The notes: generated by a model not told the origin, from the sequence alone. A stretch of 64,000 nucleotides of DNA from a bacterium (GCA_030649835.1 JAUSES010000060.1:6411-70410), one strand, 5' to 3'; positions 1 through 9,870 are shown, counted from the stretch's first letter. Made by a program: numbers and translations.

Positions 1-11
1 AATGGAAGCCG

Positions 12-719
12 GTGATTGAGGAAATAAAGCAAGCTTATATTGAGCATTTCGGCGGAGACCTTCACTCGGTGTACATCAGAGGTTCTGTTGCCAAAGGAGA
101 GGCCGTTGATAATTTGTCAGATGTGGATACCATCGCAATAGTAAATTTACCTAAAGACAAAATTGACTTGAAGTGGAGCGAGAAGTTCAGTACGAAAATA
201 GATTCTAAATATCCATTTGTTAATGGGGTGGAAATAGTAGCAGGAACTCCAGAAGATGCAGTAAGTAAAAACCGTGGCGTACACATTATGTTAAAAACCC
301 AAGCGGTTTGTATTTACGGTGATGATATTTCAGAAAAAATTGGTCCACTGAAACCCGGGAAAGAGTCGGCTCAGCATTTTAGGGGAATTCAGAATGAATT
401 ACTAGATACAGTGGATTTTTTTGAAAATGGATGGGCGGAAAATAATGAAGAGCGAGAAGAAAGATGTTCGTGGATAATGAAGCGAATTTTAAGAACTGGG
501 TTTGAGCTAGTAATGGAGCGCGAGCAAAAATATACTCGGGACCTATATCCTAGTTATGTGAGTTTTGCTAAACATTATCCTTCTAAAAAATACGACATGT
601 ATGAGGCTCTTGAGCTGGCTATGAACCCGATACATGATTCTCGGGTACTTGTGCCGTTCCTCAGACTTTGGATTGGCTGGCTTCCCGGAGAAATAGAGCG
701 GGTTTTCAATTTTAAATAA
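12..719 (+). CDS. Nucleotidyltransferase-fold protein (ANT/AadA-like minimal NTase plus helical C-domain). The N-terminus may extend beyond the window edge.
   Basis: The N-terminal motif 'RGSVAKGEAVDNLSDVDTIAIV' matches the [GS]x(9-13)Dx[DE] polymerase-beta NTase signature. It is the long ORF on the + strand, ending before a strong hairpin. Confidence 0.55.
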   Translation: MIEEIKQAYIEHFGGDLHSVYIRGSVAKGEAVDNLSDVDTIAIVNLPKDKIDLKWSEKFSTKIDSKYPFVNGVEIVAGTPEDAVSKNRGVHIMLKTQAVCIYGDDISEKIGPLKPGKESAQHFRGIQNELLDTVDFFENGWAENNEEREERCSWIMKRILRTGFELVMEREQKYTRDLYPSYVSFAKHYPSKKYDMYEALELAMNPIHDSRVLVPFLRLWIGWLPGEIERVFNFK

Positions 720-758
720 AAATATTTAGTGATTCGTGACCAAATCTCTCCGCCCCCG

Positions 759-812
759 CCCCATCACAAAACAAAGTCCAAGTCATGACTTGGACTTTGT
801 TTTGTGATGGGG
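759..812. terminator. Long perfect hairpin (27-nt arms) between two convergent genes, probably a bidirectional intrinsic terminator.
   Basis: ccccatcacaaaacaaagtccaagtca|tgacttggactttgttttgtgatgggg is a perfect inverted repeat. It lies between the 3' ends of ORFs 12..719(+) and 855..1751(-). Confidence 0.6.
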
Positions 813-854
813 CAGTTCGTCACGTTTTACCGCGCGGAAACTTACTACGGACCG

Positions 855-1751
855 TTACTCTCTCATCCCCCTCAACACCGCAATACGCTCCTCTGCGGGT
901 GGGTGGGTTGAAAAAAGTTTGCTCATGAAGGACATTGCCTTGCCGTCTTTGAGCGGGTTTGAAATGTAGAGATGTGCAGTAGCAGTGCTCACACGCTGGA
1001 GTCCTGTGGGGTAGGAGGCGATTTTCTCAAGAGCGGATGCAAGCCCCTCGGGGTAGCGGGTAAGAAGAGCTCCGGAAGCATCGGCAAGGAATTCTCGTTT
1101 GCGGGAGATGGCGAGCTTGATCAGCTGTGCAACGATAGGTGCGAGAATTGCAAGAACAATGCCGACAATGGCAAGGATCGCACCAAGCCGTCCATCACGG
1201 TTATTCCCACCACCAAAAAATGACATTCTCAAAAACATATCGGAAACAATAGCGATGAATCCCACAAGCACCACCACGACTGTCCCCACCAGTGTGTCTC
1301 TGTTGCCAATGTGTGAAAGCTCGTGCGCAATGACTCCCTCAAGCTCGGTTTTGTTTAAAATCTGGAGAAGCCCTGTCGTGGCTGCGACTGCTGCATGGTC
1401 TTTGTCGCGCCCTGTTGCAAATGCGTTGGGAGATGGGTCGTCTATGACATAAAGCGCAGGCATGGGGAGCCCTGCAGTGATGGAGAGATTTTCTACTGCA
1501 TTCCAGAGGTCAAAGTAGTCCTCGCGTGAAGCTGGCTTTGCGCCAGACATTTTGATAACGAGCGAGTCTGAATACCAGTAGCTCCAAATATTCATCCCAA
1601 TAGCAAAGGCTACACCGACGTAGAGAATCATCGAGTTTTGCATCACCTGACTAAAAACAAAGGTAACTCCAATAACCAGCACCAAAAACGTAGTCATGAG
1701 TAACCACGTCTTCCGCACATTTCTGTCTTGTTGGGTGTATAGAGTTGCCAT
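855..1751 (-). CDS. htpX: Zinc metalloprotease HtpX (peptidase family M48).
   Basis: The protein has N-terminal TM helices and an HEXXH motif ('HELSHI'). The overall pattern is HtpX-like: 'GLPMPALYVIDDPSPNAFATG' ... 'FSTHPPAEERI'. Confidence 0.9.
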   Translation of the reverse strand: MATLYTQQDRNVRKTWLLMTTFLVLVIGVTFVFSQVMQNSMILYVGVAFAIGMNIWSYWYSDSLVIKMSGAKPASREDYFDLWNAVENLSITAGLPMPALYVIDDPSPNAFATGRDKDHAAVAATTGLLQILNKTELEGVIAHELSHIGNRDTLVGTVVVVLVGFIAIVSDMFLRMSFFGGGNNRDGRLGAILAIVGIVLAILAPIVAQLIKLAISRKREFLADASGALLTRYPEGLASALEKIASYPTGLQRVSTATAHLYISNPLKDGKAMSFMSKLFSTHPPAEERIAVLRGMRE

Positions 1752-1794
1752 GTGTAATGCAGGTTTTAGGTGTTAGTTTTTAGGTGTTAGCAGA

Positions 1795-2031
1795 TTATTT
1801 CTTAAATAACTTTAAAAACTGTTCTTTTGTTATCTCCGATTGAGTTAATATGCTGTTGACTATAAAAGGTGGGAGTTCAAATTTGTCATGCCGAGGTATC
1901 GTAACCCTCAAATGCTTTTTACTTAAATGACGAAGGTGTACGTGGCTTCCCGCCTGATGATGAACATAAAATCCCTCTTTCAAAAATACTTTAATTATTT
2001 TCTTTGCCTTCAGCGGAGGAATTTTAGGCAT
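1795..2031 (-). CDS. hicA: HicA-family type II toxin (mRNA interferase).
   Basis: 'KVFLKEGFYVHHQAGSHVHLRH...RVTIPRH...LPPFIVNSIL' matches the HicA/YcfA fold motif. It is immediately downstream of a HicB-like ORF. Confidence 0.8.
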   Translation of the reverse strand: MPKIPPLKAKKIIKVFLKEGFYVHHQAGSHVHLRHLSKKHLRVTIPRHDKFELPPFIVNSILTQSEITKEQFLKLFKK

Positions 2032-2037
2032 AGAAAA

Positions 2038-2304
2038 TTAGTGTGCAAAGGAACGACCCAAAGACACCGTAACACGTTCCTGAAGCATTGATTTTTCCAT
2101 TGGAATTTCTTCCTTGTCTTTTTTGAGAGCTTCCAAATGACACAAAATAGCATCACGAGACATTTCTTTTGCTTCCTCAAATGTCCTGCCATATGTAACA
2201 AGCCCAGAGAGCGACGGTACAATTGCCTGATAGCCACCTTCTTTTATCGGCTCATAAATCACTGTGAATGAATATTCCGTTGTTGAAATTTGCTTTGCTT
2301 TCAT
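2038..2304 (-). CDS. hicB: HicB-family antitoxin (UPF0150).
   Basis: 88 aa. 'YSFTVIYEPIKEGGYQAIVPSLSGLVTYGRTFEEAKEMSRDAI' is the typical HicB N-domain. Its stop is 6 nt before the hicA start. Confidence 0.8.
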   Translation of the reverse strand: MKAKQISTTEYSFTVIYEPIKEGGYQAIVPSLSGLVTYGRTFEEAKEMSRDAILCHLEALKKDKEEIPMEKSMLQERVTVSLGRSFAH

Positions 2305-2369
2305 ACCTATATATTATCAATTTTTCTGTTAAAAATCAATTTGTTTTATTATGGCCAAACGAGATTCTG

Positions 2370-2921
2370 CTATCTTAAATCGTACGACATATCGCCTATT
2401 TTTTCAAACTTAAATCTATCCAATTTCTCGCCCAATAAATCTTCAAGTGCTATTGCCATATTAAATTCTTTTTCTAATTTTTCAAAATTATTTGTAACAC
2501 CGTCGATAAAAATTATTATCTCTTGTTTAACAAGCTCGACATCGTAAGAGAAGCCACTGTCTAGTACTTTTGCGAACACATCAGGAGTAAATATTTCTAA
2601 AGCTTCTGTTTCGTATTTTCGCTGCGCTGACAAGACGAACTTTTTATCAAAATCTGAATGTATCGGAATTCTCTCCCCGGTATTTATGCTGTAGGAATTG
2701 TGCCTATTGTTCAAATATATATGCGGAAACGAACCGTTAAATTTAAAAGCAAAAACTGTGTATGGGTAAACTCTTTGATATTTACCCGAACCAACGGTAA
2801 ACATAAAATTGAACATTCTGAATTTCCTTCCATCTACCACTCCTTCAATATGTCTAGATATTGTTCCACTATGCCCCTGTCGAAACATTACTCCAACCTC
2901 ATCCTTGGGATTACGGCTCAT
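2370..2921 (-). CDS. Hypothetical protein, LemA-associated.
   Basis: Clean 183-aa ORF in the same operon and orientation as LemA. I recognise no domain. Confidence 0.5.
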   Translation of the reverse strand: MSRNPKDEVGVMFRQGHSGTISRHIEGVVDGRKFRMFNFMFTVGSGKYQRVYPYTVFAFKFNGSFPHIYLNNRHNSYSINTGERIPIHSDFDKKFVLSAQRKYETEALEIFTPDVFAKVLDSGFSYDVELVKQEIIIFIDGVTNNFEKLEKEFNMAIALEDLLGEKLDRFKFEKIGDMSYDLR

Positions 2922-2930
2922 TTCATATTC

Positions 2931-3209
2931 TCACCCATTAACCTCAGCAACTTTTATCCAAAATGAGGTCACCGCCTTACTCTGTAACCACAATAGATAT
3001 GTAAGAGGAAAAAGAATTGGCCAAAAATCAATTATAAAGAGCCCAAACTGATCCATTCTTTCAATCGAATCCACCGTTATCAATAACGATGCGAAAATGA
3101 AAAAAACCGAGATTAACAAAATAATCCAAAAAAGCCAGCTTACACTAGCTTTCGTCCAGACCTCATGCATCAAGCTTGCACCTTCCGGTTTTAGAATCCT
3201 ATAAGCCAT
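2931..3209 (-). CDS. Small membrane protein.
   Basis: 92 aa with two or three predicted TM helices. It sits between LemA and the 183-aa ORF. Confidence 0.4.
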   Translation of the reverse strand: MAYRILKPEGASLMHEVWTKASVSWLFWIILLISVFFIFASLLITVDSIERMDQFGLFIIDFWPILFPLTYLLWLQSKAVTSFWIKVAEVNG

Positions 3210-3232
3210 GAATATTGTTGGCTTAAATAAAC

Positions 3233-3790
3233 CTAGAAACTAACTTTTACTGGCTCTTTTGCGGCGGAGTTTTCGTCGAGGTCGAAGAATTCTTGTTTTG
3301 CGAAATTGAACATTGACGCAATGATATTGCCCGGGAATGACTCGATACTGGTGTTCAAATCGCGAACATTGCCGTTGTAGAAGCGACGTGCGGCTTGGAT
3401 TTTGTTTTCGGTGTCAGAAAGCTCTGCTTGAAGTGAGAGGAAGTTTTGATTTGCTTTCAAATCTGGGTACGCTTCGGAAACTGCAAAAAGGCTTTTCAAG
3501 GCTCCCGTGAGCATGTTTTCCGATGCAGCGTGTTCTGCGGGAGTTCCTGCCTGCATTGCTTGTGAGCGCGCTTTGGTTACATTTTCAAACACACTGCTCT
3601 CGTGCTTTGCGTATCCTTTTACTGCCTCCATGAGGTTGGGAATAAGGTCATAGCGACGCTTGAGCTGAACGTCAATATCCGCCCACGCCTCTTGTGTGCG
3701 ATTTACCAATGCAACAAAACCGTTGTAAGCAACAATAGCCCATAAAACGATAACTGCGAGAATGCCTAATATAATGTATGTAGTGGTCAT
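3233..3790 (-). CDS. lemA: LemA family protein.
   Basis: It has an N-terminal TM helix and the LemA pattern 'QLKRRYDLIPNL...AKHE...KANQNFLSLQAEL...ENKIQAARRFYN'. Confidence 0.9.
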   Translation of the reverse strand: MTTTYIILGILAVIVLWAIVAYNGFVALVNRTQEAWADIDVQLKRRYDLIPNLMEAVKGYAKHESSVFENVTKARSQAMQAGTPAEHAASENMLTGALKSLFAVSEAYPDLKANQNFLSLQAELSDTENKIQAARRFYNGNVRDLNTSIESFPGNIIASMFNFAKQEFFDLDENSAAKEPVKVSF

Positions 3791-4191
3791 GGTGAATATT
3801 TAAAAACTAATAATTTGATAGCTATATTATAGCACGTGTGGCGCACTAAAAACAAATGGTTGTCTAACCGCCACCCACTTTTGCAGTGACAAGGGAGGAG
3901 TTTGGATTTGTTGGTGGGGCACTTATTATTATTCATTTTTTCTTTTTTTGAGTTTGTGGTTCATCTGCGTTGGTATCCGTACTTCTTCCAGAATATCAGT
4001 ATTGTTGCCCGCTTTTGTGCTTATTCGGTAATCATATGCAAATAAGTTTACGGCCAAGCAGTGAATTTACTAATTCGCAGGCGGTCAGCAAGAATACCAG
4101 ACCCTCTAATTCCTTTTTTTGATTGAATATCCTCATTTCTTTGGTTTCCCAAAGACTGCAATATGTATGTGAGGTTATGCGGTGAACTTAT

Positions 4192-4461
4192 TCACTTATT
4201 CAAATATTGATCTTCGCCCGGAATTGATAATATTTTACCCGGGCTATGATGCCCCGAGATAATTCGTATTTGTTTTGAGTCGATTCTAAAATGAAGCGCT
4301 ACTAGCTCGAGAATTCGTCTGTTTGCTAGGTTTTGCAGAGCTGGCTCCTTTACCGACACAAAGAAGGAGTCTTTTGCGCTTTGCACAAATGTTTCCTTTT
4401 TCGCTCCAGCGGTTACTCGGACTCTGATATACATGTTTGTTATTTGTTCCCCCTGTCTCAA
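4192..4461 (-). CDS. DUF167/YggU family protein (UPF0235).
   Basis: 'IRVRVTAGAKKE...VKEPALQNLANRRILELVA...IISGHHSPGKIL' is typical of DUF167. Confidence 0.75.
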   Translation of the reverse strand: MRQGEQITNMYIRVRVTAGAKKETFVQSAKDSFFVSVKEPALQNLANRRILELVALHFRIDSKQIRIISGHHSPGKILSIPGEDQYLNK

Positions 4462-4468
4462 ATATTCC

Positions 4469-5902
4469 CTATATCACCTCCACCATGATCATATTTGTTC
4501 CTCCAATGTGCCCAAAGGGTACTCCCGCTGCAACCACCACCTTGTCGCCTTTTTTTGCAAGCTTGTGCTTGAGGACATACGTTCGCACTACCTTCATAAC
4601 ATCAAGTACATTCGAAAAATGATCAATGCGCACGGGGAAACATCCGAAAACAAGCTCTAGTTGTCGGACAATATACCCCTTTGGGCTCATAGCGATAACC
4701 GTCTGCGCAGGGCGGTATCGCGACACCATGCGTGCTGTGAGACCTGACTCAGAGAGTGCGATTATTACCTTTGCACCCACTGCAGACGCCGTACTCACCA
4801 CCGAAAAGGTTACCGCGTCTACCACATCTTTACGATGTGCACTCTCGTTGCTTTCATGAACGGGGGTATTTCCGTAGAGCGCCTCGCGGTGTGGATAATT
4901 TTTTTCAGCTATGTTTGCGACATCAGACATCATTTTTACGGTCTCAACGGGGTACTCACCGAGGGCACTTTCCTCAGAAAGCATCACAGCGTCAGCGCCG
5001 TCTAAAATGGAGTTTGCCACGTCAGACACTTCTGCGCGGGTCGGTACTGGAGATTTTATCATTGACTCCATCATTTGGGTCGCTACGATCACTGGTTTTC
5101 CCGCAATGTTACATTTCTCAATGATCATTTTCTGTAAAATCGGTACTTCTTGTGCGGGCACTTCCACCGCCAAATCCCCACGAGCAACCATCACTCCATC
5201 TGCCTCTCTAATAATTGCGTCAATGTTCTGAATGGCTTCGTCTGTTTCAATCTTTGCAATAATTTTTACTGTTGATCTTGCTTTTGTGAGAATTGCGCGA
5301 AGCTCACGAATATCAGAAGCGCGACGAACAAAAGAAAGTGCAATGTAGTCAACTCGATGCTCAACACCAAATACAATATCTTCTTTATCTTTTGGTGTGA
5401 GGCAACTAATCTTTAGCGAGACGCCGGGAAGGTTGACCCCCCTACGCCCTTTAGTTTCGCCACCTACTATCACCCGACATTTTATTTCACTACCCATGAC
5501 ACTGAGAACCTCCAAACGTTTTTTACCATCATCAAGAAGGATAGAGTCCCCCTCTTTTATCTCTTTTGTAAGCGCGGGATAATTCACAAATGCCCTTGTC
5601 TCATCTCCAACACATGCTTTTGTGGTGAGCGTAAAGGTGCTTCCCTTTTTAAGAATCACACTGTCCTTATAAAAACCCCCAATGCGAATTTTGGGGCCAG
5701 ACAGGTCCTGCAATATCGCAGTAGGTGTCCCGAGCTTCTCAGCAACTTTGCGAATGTTCCTTACTTTTTCAAAATGCTCCTCGTGTGTGCCATGGGAAAA
5801 GTTTAGTCTGCAGACATTCATCCCAGCCTTCACTAGCTTGGTAAGCATTATCTCACTGTCAGATGCTGGCCCTATGGTTGCGACGATTTTTGTCTTTTTC
5901 AT
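4469..5902 (-). CDS. pyk: Pyruvate kinase.
   Basis: 'KIVATIGPAS...NVCRLNFSHG' and 'MVARGDLAVEVP' are canonical pyruvate kinase motifs. The protein is 477 aa. Confidence 0.95.
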   Translation of the reverse strand: MKKTKIVATIGPASDSEIMLTKLVKAGMNVCRLNFSHGTHEEHFEKVRNIRKVAEKLGTPTAILQDLSGPKIRIGGFYKDSVILKKGSTFTLTTKACVGDETRAFVNYPALTKEIKEGDSILLDDGKKRLEVLSVMGSEIKCRVIVGGETKGRRGVNLPGVSLKISCLTPKDKEDIVFGVEHRVDYIALSFVRRASDIRELRAILTKARSTVKIIAKIETDEAIQNIDAIIREADGVMVARGDLAVEVPAQEVPILQKMIIEKCNIAGKPVIVATQMMESMIKSPVPTRAEVSDVANSILDGADAVMLSEESALGEYPVETVKMMSDVANIAEKNYPHREALYGNTPVHESNESAHRKDVVDAVTFSVVSTASAVGAKVIIALSESGLTARMVSRYRPAQTVIAMSPKGYIVRQLELVFGCFPVRIDHFSNVLDVMKVVRTYVLKHKLAKKGDKVVVAAGVPFGHIGGTNMIMVEVI

Positions 5903-6122
5903 CCCGTTAGAGGTAGGAAATTGATCCCGTTAGAAGTGGCGTCACGCTGCGTTACCTCGCGACTTCTAATGGGACAAGTTTCCGTAGTTAATTATTATCT
6001 AATAAGCATACAAACTTTATATTTTATTTACCCGCTAGATTCTCCTCAAAACTGAGTCCCACCCGCCATCACTTGAGCACAACTTTTTGCTGTGTTCTGG
6101 CGAAAGTGGGCGGGGACCTCTA
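5903..6122. repeat. MITE-like element, copy A, with 14-bp perfect terminal inverted repeats 'atcccgttagaggt'/'acctctaacgggat'. It abuts the pyk start codon.
   Basis: About 85 nt at 6040..6127 is an exact reverse complement of 21438..21520. The outer ends also match ('ttcatcccgttagaggtaggaaa' versus its RC at 21596..21622). Confidence 0.6.
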
Positions 6123-6311
6123 ACGGGATTCATTGTCGTGTTTGAATTTGAATTGTAAGAACGTATTATATCAAAATTTTGCATTTTCCCCAAGTTTTGC
6201 TATTATGCATTTTGTATTCTGCGTAGCCGAATCAGCTGATTCACATCTTGGATGAAAGCTTGGCCAAAATCGTGGCAATTCCAATCTGCTATTAGTAGAA
6301 TCAAAACATAT

Positions 6312-6386
6312 TCCGCGGTAGCTCAGTGGTAGAGCAAGCGACTGTTAATCGCTTGGTCGTAGGTTCGATCCCTACCCGCGGAGCCA
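6312..6386 (+). tRNA. tRNA-Asn (anticodon GTT).
   Basis: Manual cloverleaf: acceptor tccgcgg/ccgcgga; D-arm gctc-agtggta-gagc; anticodon stem agcga/tcgct with loop cuGUUaa; T-arm gtagg-ttcgatc-cctac; discriminator G; encoded CCA. Confidence 0.9.
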
Positions 6387-8129
6387 GTTAGGACGAGAGA
6401 GCTCGAAAGGGCTCTTTTGTCGTTTAAGGGCAACGCTATTTCTAGGTTCGAGCGCATCAATAAGTGCTTTTTGCTCTCTCATCTCATTTTCTATCAGTAA
6501 ATATGGATGAAGCTTATCAATAGTGAGTATTTTGTCCTTCAAAATTAGGTTCGAGCCAATCGTAGAAAATATCTCTCTTTTCTTTCGAAGATCCGGTTTA
6601 TTAAATTGATCTCTTGCGAAAGTGCAGAAATTAAACACGCGCTCGGCAATTTCAAGATCACCGTCGAGCTTCTCTTTGGTTCCTCCCATTTGTTTTTCTA
6701 TTGCTGTCCTTTGAGCAATAATCTCTTTTTTCTGCTCTTTGAATTCCTCAGGCGTGTATATTTCGTATTTTGAATTCAGTGGTGAGGAAAATTCTCTACT
6801 TATATTCACGAGCCGTGTCTGACAATCATCGTAAGAGGACTGCAAGGACATGCGAACCGCTTTTTCTTCCCCGCCAGAGTTCTTTTGTTTGTCTTGCAAA
6901 TATTCAAGCGCAAGCTCAAGATATTCTCGATCAATCGTAATATCCCCAAGAATCTTGTCGAACTGTGATTCAAGGTCTTCGAGCTTAATGTATTTTTGAG
7001 AACAGTTTTTATTCTTTTTCTTTGTGCAATGATAATACACATAGTTCAAAACCTTCGGGCTCTCCATGTCTGAAATATCAATCGCACATTTAGGGCACGC
7101 GGTACGATTCACATTAGAAAATTTATACTTGCATGCTGAGCAAATTATCTGATTCTTTTCTTCGGCGGTAATAGTAGAATCACACTCACCGCAACGCATA
7201 AGCCCCGTGAAAGCAAACTCTCGCGTTTGTGGTTGAGGCTTTCCATTTTTCCCAAGAAGAACTTGCGCTCTTTTATATTCTTTTTCTGTAATCATCGCCG
7301 GGTGATTCCCTTTAACCATCTTTACTTCACCCGTATCCGGGTCCGTCCATGGATAATAGCCATAGTAGAAAGTATCCTTAAAAATATTATACATATGGCT
7401 CATTGTCGGCGGATTACCTCCAATTTTTCTATGTTTTAAGGTTGTTAGACCCCATTCGGTAATTGCTATCTCGCGTATTTTTGAAACAGAATAAGTGCCC
7501 GTGAGGAATAGGTCCCACATTTTACGAACGAGCTCAAAACGCTCCGGATCTAGTGCAATAGTTTTATTTCCTTTTTCTGTACCTACATTCAAGTAACCTA
7601 TCGGGCCACCTGAGGGTCTCCATCCACGCATAGCTTTGCTATTTAATCCACGCTTCACATTCTTAGACAAGCGCATCACATAGTCAGTAGCACGCCCTCC
7701 TTCGATACTCATGAGCAATCCAGCATCTTCAGGATAGTAAGAGCGCCCGGGGGTCTTTATGACCTTAATGACTCCCTTCTGAAGCATCCACTGCAACCGT
7801 CCGTTGTCTATGGGGTTTCGAGAAAGACGGTCAATATCCCAACATAAAAGAGCGTTCGCTTCTCCTTTTTCAATTCTGTTTAACACATCATTGAAAATCG
7901 GTCGCCCTGGATCCTTCGCACTTTTTTCTTCAGTGAACGGGTCTCTCGCCAAGCTCAACTGCTCACGCTCTGCAACCTGCTTAAGCGCATTAGTTTGATC
8001 GCCAATAGAAGCAACTTGACGCTGAGAATCCTCAGAGCTCTTGCGACAGTATGCGAAGTACTTTAGCTTTTCATTTTTGTGCATAAAATAATCTACTTGT
8101 ACTATCCATTGTATCATCTTCGTAGCCAT
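6372..8129 (-). CDS. Large serine recombinase (resolvase domain, recombinase domain and zinc ribbon; phage-type integrase). The likely true start is an internal Met near 8084.
   Basis: 'YFAYCRKSSEDSQRQ' is the catalytic Ser motif of serine recombinases. A Cys cluster 'CGECD...CSAC..C' matches a zinc-ribbon insertion domain. The 3' end overlaps tRNA-Asn by 15 nt. Confidence 0.85.
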   Translation of the reverse strand: MATKMIQWIVQVDYFMHKNEKLKYFAYCRKSSEDSQRQVASIGDQTNALKQVAEREQLSLARDPFTEEKSAKDPGRPIFNDVLNRIEKGEANALLCWDIDRLSRNPIDNGRLQWMLQKGVIKVIKTPGRSYYPEDAGLLMSIEGGRATDYVMRLSKNVKRGLNSKAMRGWRPSGGPIGYLNVGTEKGNKTIALDPERFELVRKMWDLFLTGTYSVSKIREIAITEWGLTTLKHRKIGGNPPTMSHMYNIFKDTFYYGYYPWTDPDTGEVKMVKGNHPAMITEKEYKRAQVLLGKNGKPQPQTREFAFTGLMRCGECDSTITAEEKNQIICSACKYKFSNVNRTACPKCAIDISDMESPKVLNYVYYHCTKKKNKNCSQKYIKLEDLESQFDKILGDITIDREYLELALEYLQDKQKNSGGEEKAVRMSLQSSYDDCQTRLVNISREFSSPLNSKYEIYTPEEFKEQKKEIIAQRTAIEKQMGGTKEKLDGDLEIAERVFNFCTFARDQFNKPDLRKKREIFSTIGSNLILKDKILTIDKLHPYLLIENEMREQKALIDALEPRNSVALKRQKSPFELSRPNWLRG

Positions 8130-8364
8130 AAAGCATTGGTCTCAAATTTTGAGTTTCGCACTTTCTTACCAATCTTTTTACACTCATTAATTCCCTGAAT
8201 CTTTCTTTTCCAAATTCACCATGTTGCGCTTTTAACAACTGTTTAACAGATTTTTCACCTTCTTCACCCAAATATAATATTCTACATATTGCACATTCTA
8301 TTATTCCACTTTCATTAACTTTAGGATCATGAGTATGTTTGTCCCCTTCGCAATTTTTGACCAT
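8071..8364 (-). CDS. Hypothetical protein on the island.
   Basis: 97-aa ORF immediately upstream of the recombinase. I recognise no domain. Confidence 0.3.
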   Translation of the reverse strand: MVKNCEGDKHTHDPKVNESGIIECAICRILYLGEEGEKSVKQLLKAQHGEFGKERFRELMSVKRLVRKCETQNLRPMLYGYEDDTMDSTSRLFYAQK

Positions 8365-8542
8365 ATAAAGGTCAATGTCTTCGATTGAATTAATTGCCTT
8401 GATTATATTATTTTCATATGATTCGTACCTATTTTCTTGGTAATTTTCTTAATTAGTAATATACACTTGCCGAGTTACCGCCTTATAGCCAAGAAGACAC
8501 AAAGCTTACTCAGCAAAACGGCAACACATTTATTAACTGCTA

Positions 8543-8935
8543 CTAAAATGGTTCATCTTCATTTATCACTAAGGATTCCTGTGGCTCTTTGGGCATAAAG
8601 CAGAAGTTTTCTTTCCCATGTTTCGCTGTATCAATTTTCCCTTCATTAACTAGTTCCCTGAGAGCGACTTGAACATTCTTTGACCCAGCTACTTTCTTTA
8701 GTATTTCAGTCATTTCTCTCTTGGTTTTTCCGCCATCAGGAAGAATCTCAAGTATTCTCTCTTTTGCTTCCTCTTTTTTGTTTTCTTGGTCCTCAATTGC
8801 TCCACCATAACTAAGAATCGTTTGAACCCCATCGGACCCTTCCTGGTCTTTTATAATCGCCTTGAAGGGGTCTATTTCCTTCGTAAGGCGATTCTTTCGC
8901 TGGTATATGTCTATCTTCTTCTCCTCCTGGCTCAC
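8543..8935 (-). CDS. Hypothetical protein with a probable winged-helix. It may be the C-terminal part of the RepA-like protein after a frameshift.
   Basis: 'TKREMTEILKKVAGSKNVQVALRELVNEGKI' looks like a wHTH. It overlaps the upstream AAA_25 ORF by 125 nt in another frame. Confidence 0.4.
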   Translation of the reverse strand: MSQEEKKIDIYQRKNRLTKEIDPFKAIIKDQEGSDGVQTILSYGGAIEDQENKKEEAKERILEILPDGGKTKREMTEILKKVAGSKNVQVALRELVNEGKIDTAKHGKENFCFMPKEPQESLVINEDEPF

Positions 8936-9647
8936 TCTTCAGCATAAGCAATATTTCCACTGAGGCGGTTTTATCAGTTGAGCCAAACAAAAATTCCTTC
9001 TTTGGAACCTTGCCCTCGAAATTGCTTGGCTTGCGGAAGTGGTCCAAGAATACAACAGCGACACCTTTATCTTTGAGGACTTTGAGGCGGTTGAAGAAAG
9101 TTCTAATTTCATCTGCTTTTTCCTCCTTAATTCCACCCGACACTGCCCTAAAAGTATCTAGAAAAACAACTTTTATTTCGTAATACTCAATAACATTTAG
9201 AAGCCACTGCACCCCTTCGTTCGTATTGAGATTTAATTCTGTATCACTGTAAACTAAAATCTTTTTATTGCTCTCGTCAAAGCCTAGCTGTCTTCCTCTG
9301 CGCTGTGCCTCACTCTGAGACATTTCCATGTCAACATACAGAACATTGGACGCTTCGGTTTTGAACTCCTCGCGTCCAAGAAAATCAATTCCAAGGGCAA
9401 TACATCTAGCCATATCCATCGCAAGCCAGGTTTTCTTTTCTCCTGTAACAGAGGCTAGGATGACAAAACCTTCGCAAGGGATTAGGCCCTGAACCAACCA
9501 CCTTCTCTCTGGGAATTTTTTATTTCCTAGAGTTGTCCAGCTCATCGGCTCAAAGAACGGCTTCTCAATCTCTCTATCAATCTCCCTCATTTCTGAGCTT
9601 TCATTCCTTTCCTCCGCAAACTCCTTAAATGTTTTCTCTTCGTTCAT
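8811..9647 (-). CDS. RecA-like ATPase of the AAA_25 / RepA-like family, a probable mobile-element replication or mobilisation protein.
   Basis: 'GFVILASVTGEKKTWLAMDMARCIALG' is a P-loop of the RepA/AAA_25 type. 'VVFLDTFR' and 'VVFLDHFRK' are Walker B-like strands. Confidence 0.7.
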   Translation of the reverse strand: MNEEKTFKEFAEERNESSEMREIDREIEKPFFEPMSWTTLGNKKFPERRWLVQGLIPCEGFVILASVTGEKKTWLAMDMARCIALGIDFLGREEFKTEASNVLYVDMEMSQSEAQRRGRQLGFDESNKKILVYSDTELNLNTNEGVQWLLNVIEYYEIKVVFLDTFRAVSGGIKEEKADEIRTFFNRLKVLKDKGVAVVFLDHFRKPSNFEGKVPKKEFLFGSTDKTASVEILLMLKSEPGGEEDRHIPAKESPYEGNRPLQGDYKRPGRVRWGSNDS

Positions 9648-9870
9648 AACTTTTAGGCAATGTTATTTTATTAATATCAAGACTGCTTGTCACCGCCCCA
9701 ATAAGGCAAACAAGATTTTCGAAATACTCAAAAGCTTGTGCATCAGAGATGACCGTTTTGTTCTTAGCTTCGTAAAGCTCCTTGAATTTTTTGAGATAAG
9801 TATTTTTATCAACCATAAAATAAAACCCACTATTGAGGACCTGACTTCGCCTAGAAAGTCGGGACCTCAA
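9625..9870 (-). CDS. Hypothetical small protein.
   Basis: 81-aa ORF that heads the minus-strand island operon. Confidence 0.3.
   Translation of the reverse strand: MRSRLSRRSQVLNSGFYFMVDKNTYLKKFKELYEAKNKTVISDAQAFEYFENLVCLIGAVTSSLDINKITLPKSYERRENI

Noticed and set aside
12-719. Calling the NTase-fold protein an aminoglycoside resistance gene (aadA/ant)
   Set aside because: Only the generic GS-x(10)-DxD nucleotidyltransferase motif is visible. Many non-resistance NTases share it, and the substrate cannot be inferred from sequence inspection alone.
4433-5924. Multiple 60-120-aa ORFs on the + strand overlapping pyk, and similar antisense ORFs inside pilB, the 1138-aa gene, ietS, the histidine kinase and others
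   Set aside because: They are embedded antisense within long, well-supported genes. They are Arg/Ser/Pro-rich and lack starts with RBS context. These are typical spurious ORFs.
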